NCBI GenBank assembly: GCA_913020725.1 | Contig: CAJWCD010000072.1 | Coordinates: 1-18,912 of the forward strand | Reading direction: 5' to 3' | Source of the DNA: an uncultured Pseudomonadota bacterium | GTDB lineage: Bacteria > SAR324 > NAC60-12 | DNA: 18,912 bases | In this document: positions 15,485 through 18,912 of the stretch, in pieces | Layout: every line of letters begins with the position of its first letter | How positions within the stretch are numbered: position 1 is the stretch's first letter | Translations under genes and position numbers: made by a program | Notes under the pieces: model-generated | Database searches by the model: none | What the model saw: only the letters and a program-made list of their open reading frames with translations | What the model was told of the DNA's origin: nothing

Positions 15485-16312
15485 TTACTCCGGAAAGGCC
15501 GGGAGTTTCCGCAGACTTTGCAGCAGTGCTTCATCGGCTGCGGTTGGTTCGTCACCCAAACCTTTGAGGAAGGATTTCACATCCTTTTCGAGAATGCCGA
15601 TGGTGTTCTCCGGTGAGTAATCCTGCCGCGCCCAGTCGATTTCTAGAAAGCGGTTACCGAACCATGTCTGCCCGGAGCTTTGGGACATCACATCGAGCAG
15701 CACTTCCGGAAGCACGCCCAGCTTGGGACAGGCCACCAACGCCCGCCGTACTGCCACCACGCTACTGGCGGCGACATAGTTGTTCAACACCTTCACGGCC
15801 ATCCCGGACCCCAAAGCTCCGAGTTTGTGGAGGGGTGTCCCCATCGCGGAGAACAAGGGCGAAAGCGCATCCAGCCACACGGCATCGCCCCCCAGCATCC
15901 ACGTCAGCGAGCCTTCCTCGGCGGCAACGGGCGCTCCGGACATGGGGGCGTCGAGCAAGGTCACGTCCTTGGGGAGTTGCGCGGCCAATTCCCCAATGAA
16001 TCCGGGAGAAACCGTCGAACACAGCACAAACACCTTCGGATATTTCGGTTGCCGAAACACCGCCTGACCCGCAAAACACAGTTCCACATTCTGCGGCTCG
16101 TCCCGTACAATCGAAAGCAGGACGTCCGCTTGTTCCGCGAACTCGCCGGGATCAGTGAGGATCGGCACCGAACGATAATCGCGGTCCTGCACGACATCAT
16201 AACCCACCACCCGGAACCCCGCCTGGACCAGTCGCCGCGCCATCGGCAAGCCCATCGCCCCTAGTCCAGCAACGCCGATGGTCAGGTGCTTGATCGTATC
16301 CGGAGGTGTCAT
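15485..16312 (-). CDS. NAD(P)-dependent beta-hydroxyacid dehydrogenase (3-hydroxyisobutyrate dehydrogenase/GarR family)
   Basis: GLGAMG.PMA, CSTV.P, DAPMSG, LT.M.GG, catalytic KVLNN and KDV. Confidence 0.88.
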   Translation of the reverse strand: MTPPDTIKHLTIGVAGLGAMGLPMARRLVQAGFRVVGYDVVQDRDYRSVPILTDPGEFAEQADVLLSIVRDEPQNVELCFAGQAVFRQPKYPKVFVLCSTVSPGFIGELAAQLPKDVTLLDAPMSGAPVAAEEGSLTWMLGGDAVWLDALSPLFSAMGTPLHKLGALGSGMAVKVLNNYVAASSVVAVRRALVACPKLGVLPEVLLDVMSQSSGQTWFGNRFLEIDWARQDYSPENTIGILEKDVKSFLKGLGDEPTAADEALLQSLRKLPAFPE

Positions 16313-16331
16313 GAAAGCCGCAGGGGGTTGC

Positions 16332-17516
16332 TCAGATGCGCTCGAAAATCGCCGCGATGCCCTGACCGCCGCCGATGCACATGGTCACCAACGCCCGCTG
16401 ACCTCCGGAGCGTTCCAACTCGTTGAGTGCCTTGACGGTGAGCAGGCAGCCTGTCGCTCCCACCGGATGGCCGAGGGAGATGCCGGAACCGTTGGGATTG
16501 ACCTTGTCCGGCGGCAAGCCCAAGTCCCGGATGCAGGCCAGAGCTTGTACGGCGAAGGCTTCATTGAGTTCGATGACATCAAGATCGGCAACCGCAAGTC
16601 CGGTTTTCTCCAGCAATTGCCGCACCGCCGGAACCGGGCCGATGCCCATGATTTCTGGTTCAACTCCAGCGACGGAGTAGCCCACCAGCCGCGCCAACGG
16701 CTTGAGCCCTTTCTGCTCGGCAAGGCTGCGTTCCATCAGCACCACGGCTGCTGCGGCATCGTTGATTCCAGAGGCGTTTCCTGCGGTCACAGAACCTTCC
16801 GGATCAAAGGCGGGCTTGAGCTTGCCCATGTCCTCCAGCGTCACACCGACACGGACATGCTCATCGGTGTCAAAGGTGATCGTCTTTTTGCGCTGCTTGA
16901 TTTCGACGGGAAGAATCTGGCTCTGGAAACGACCGTCTGCAATGGCCTGTGCTGCTCGACGATGGCTTTCCACGGCGTATTCATCCTGTTCCTCGCGGCT
17001 GATCTTCCAACGCTTCGCGATGTTCTCGCCAGTGATGCCCATGTGACAACCCTCGAAGGGGTCGCCCAAGCCGCCGATGAGCGCGTCCAACACCTGCGCG
17101 TGGTTCATGCGCGCACCCCAGCGTAGGGACGGTAGCCAGTACGGCACCCGGCTCATCACCTCCGCACCGCCTGCAACGGTTGCATCGGCGTCACCCAACA
17201 TAATCACTTGCGCAGCACTCACGATCGCCTGCAGCCCGGAGCCGCAAAGTCGGTTGAGCGTGTACATCGGTGTTTCAATGGGCAAGCCGCCACGCACCCC
17301 GGCATAGCGGGCGAGGTACATGTCGCGTGCATCCGTGTGCATCACATTGCCGAAGACGACATGTCCGATGTCGCTGGGAGCGACCTTGGAGCGACTCACC
17401 GCCTCCCGGACCACTGCCGCTCCCAACTCCACGGGAGGCTGGTCCTTGAGGGTTCCGCCATAGGTGCCGATTGCCGTGCGCACTCCGCTCAGCACGACCA
17501 CTTCTCGCTGATTCAT
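16332..17516 (-). CDS. bktB: Beta-ketothiolase (acetyl-CoA C-acyltransferase), BktB-like
   Basis: 394 aa from ATG 17516 (SD AAGGAG). REVVVLSGVRTAIG, RDMYL, NRLCGSGLQA, NEAF, NPNGSGISLGHP.GATG and CIGGGQGIAAIFERI closely resemble Cupriavidus necator BktB as I recall it. Confidence 0.88.
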   Translation of the reverse strand: MNQREVVVLSGVRTAIGTYGGTLKDQPPVELGAAVVREAVSRSKVAPSDIGHVVFGNVMHTDARDMYLARYAGVRGGLPIETPMYTLNRLCGSGLQAIVSAAQVIMLGDADATVAGGAEVMSRVPYWLPSLRWGARMNHAQVLDALIGGLGDPFEGCHMGITGENIAKRWKISREEQDEYAVESHRRAAQAIADGRFQSQILPVEIKQRKKTITFDTDEHVRVGVTLEDMGKLKPAFDPEGSVTAGNASGINDAAAAVVLMERSLAEQKGLKPLARLVGYSVAGVEPEIMGIGPVPAVRQLLEKTGLAVADLDVIELNEAFAVQALACIRDLGLPPDKVNPNGSGISLGHPVGATGCLLTVKALNELERSGGQRALVTMCIGGGQGIAAIFERI

Positions 17517-17557
17517 TTTGATCTCCTTGATATGTGAGTTTTGCATAACAAATGGTA

Positions 17558-17652
17558 GCCGTGGGTTTCGCACACAGCAAGGATTAGCAAAGGCGAACCG
17601 CTGTGGGGACGAAACCCCGCTCGACCAGCACGGCACTGACGATGTAGTCCCC
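17558..17652. other. Structured intergenic element upstream of bktB
   Basis: Nested stems GCCGTG/CACGGC, GGTTTCG/CGAAACC and CACAGC/GCTGTG, plus an alternative pairing GGGGAC/GTCCCC. Confidence 0.5.
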
Positions 17653-17811
17653 GTTGCTTCTTCACAACAGCATCTTTCCGGAAATGTGCCGCCGACTCAA
17701 GCAGATGTTGATCAATCAGGCTCTCAATAGTTCAGCAGTTCAAAAAACAGAAAAAAACTCGACAGCCTTCGGAATCAGTGCCACCCTTGGAAAAGCGTCC
17801 AAGGATTTCCC

Positions 17812-18816
17812 TTAACCGCATTTGGAAGGTTTGTAGCATGCCCGCCAAACCACCGCACCTATACGGTGTAAGCTCCAGACCGGACACTTGTTAGGGTCGC
17901 CGGGATCGCTCCTCCTGACTCGGGCGGGATCCGTTGGCATCGTACTAATCTTGTCTTCAACACTGCTCGGGTTTTCCCGAAGGTAAATGGTATTATTGTA
18001 GGATTTAGACATCTTTTGCCCATCAAGGCCCAGCATTTTCGAAGCCGGCGTTAACAGAACCTGGGGTTCGGGGAATATTATTCTCCCTCCCCCTTCCAGA
18101 TACCCCATCAGACGTTCTCTATCGCCAATGGTGATATTTTGTTGCGATTCAATCAGTGCCCGCGCTTTTTCCAGAGCGTTGGCATCACCCTGTTCCTGAT
18201 AACTGGTCAACAATTCCTGATAAAGTTTCTTATTTTTTTTGCCCATCTTCTTGGCGGCCAGTTCTGCTTTTTCCTCGAATCCGGGCTCACGACCATATAG
18301 AAAATTGAATCGTCGTGCGATTTCGCGGGACAATTCAACATGCGCAACCTGATCATCCCCCACGGGGACATAATTAGCCTTGTACATGATGATGTCAGCT
18401 GTTTGCAGCAATGGATATCCAAGAAAGCCGTAAGTGGTTAAGTCCTTATTTTTAAGCTTGTCCTGCTGATCCTTATAGGTAGGCACCCGTTCCAGCCAGC
18501 TTAGTGGGGTAAACATTGAAAGCAATAGATGAAGCTCTGCGTGTTCCGGCACTCTTGACTGAATAAAGAGCTTTGCCGAACCAGGATCAATTCCGACTGC
18601 CAGCCAGTCAATTGCCATTTCCCATACACTATCGGCAATCATGCTGGGATTGTCATAGTCTGTCGTTAGGGCGTGCCAATCGACTATGCTAAAGAAACAC
18701 TCGTACTCATTTTGCAACTTCAACCAATTCTTAAGTACACCATGATAATGTCCCAAATGTAGGGGTCCCGTTGGGCGCATCCCTGATAAAACCCGCTGAT
18801 TTCCTGAGGCTGCCAA
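17812..18816 (-). pseudogene. trpS: Tryptophan--tRNA ligase, C-terminally truncated (homology ends ~17860)
   Basis: TTG start with GGAG SD. SGMRPTG.LHLGH (HIGH), FIQS.VPEH, GYPLLQ.ADI, VPVG.DQ, KMSKSYNN and TDPAR.RR.DPGDP.KCPVW..H, then an unrelated 15-aa tail and stop. Could be an assembly artefact. Confidence 0.8.
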
Positions 18817-18912
18817 AAAGTTCTCCGGTCGTTAATAATGAAAGTCGATTATATCAATCGTCAGTAGAACTTGCGTGTATATTTAATTCGTCAAAAATCT
18901 TTTCTGTGGTCA

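Noticed and set aside
16278..17126. 282-aa + strand ORF
   Set aside because: Antisense shadow of bktB, typical of GC-rich codon bias.
17550..17720. Resemblance to c-di-GMP-I riboswitch, 6S RNA or tRNA/tmRNA fragments
   Set aside because: Only isolated words match. Order, strand and secondary structure do not fit any of these families.

Overview
Bacterial accessory/catabolic region with a mosaic base composition. GC values here are hand counts of sampled 60-nt lines, so they are approximate. (1) 1-3724: a low-GC (~38-42%) three-gene + strand operon (COG4091-like NAD oxidoreductase with C-terminal SAF domain, SMP-30/gluconolactonase, Gfo/Idh/MocA dehydrogenase resembling D-apiose dehydrogenase). 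It lies between two directly oriented copies of a ~159-bp non-coding element with 23-bp terminal inverted repeats (MITE-like; the first copy is cut by the window edge). (2) 3736-4983: an aldo/keto reductase gene bracketed by two ~56-bp direct repeats, each containing a sigma70-like promoter. (3) 5020-12701: a co-oriented minus-strand cluster encoding a MocD-like membrane di-iron oxygenase, an IPNS-family 2OG-Fe(II) oxygenase, a polar amino-acid ABC transporter (with an internal terminator and a GTAG REP), an HD-domain PhnZ/TmpB-like protein, an AhpD/CMD-like protein and a ureidoglycolate-lyase-like cupin. (4) 12801-17516: a creatininase-family hydrolase, a second polar amino-acid binding protein and permease, a beta-hydroxyacid dehydrogenase and bktB. 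(5) 17812-18816: a trpS whose homology stops abruptly at ~17860, marking a real rearrangement or an assembly chimera. No rRNA, tRNA, CRISPR array, transposase or integrase was found. Best novelty candidates: the multi-oxygenase catabolic cluster of unknown substrate, and the repeat-delimited cargo modules at 1-4983.
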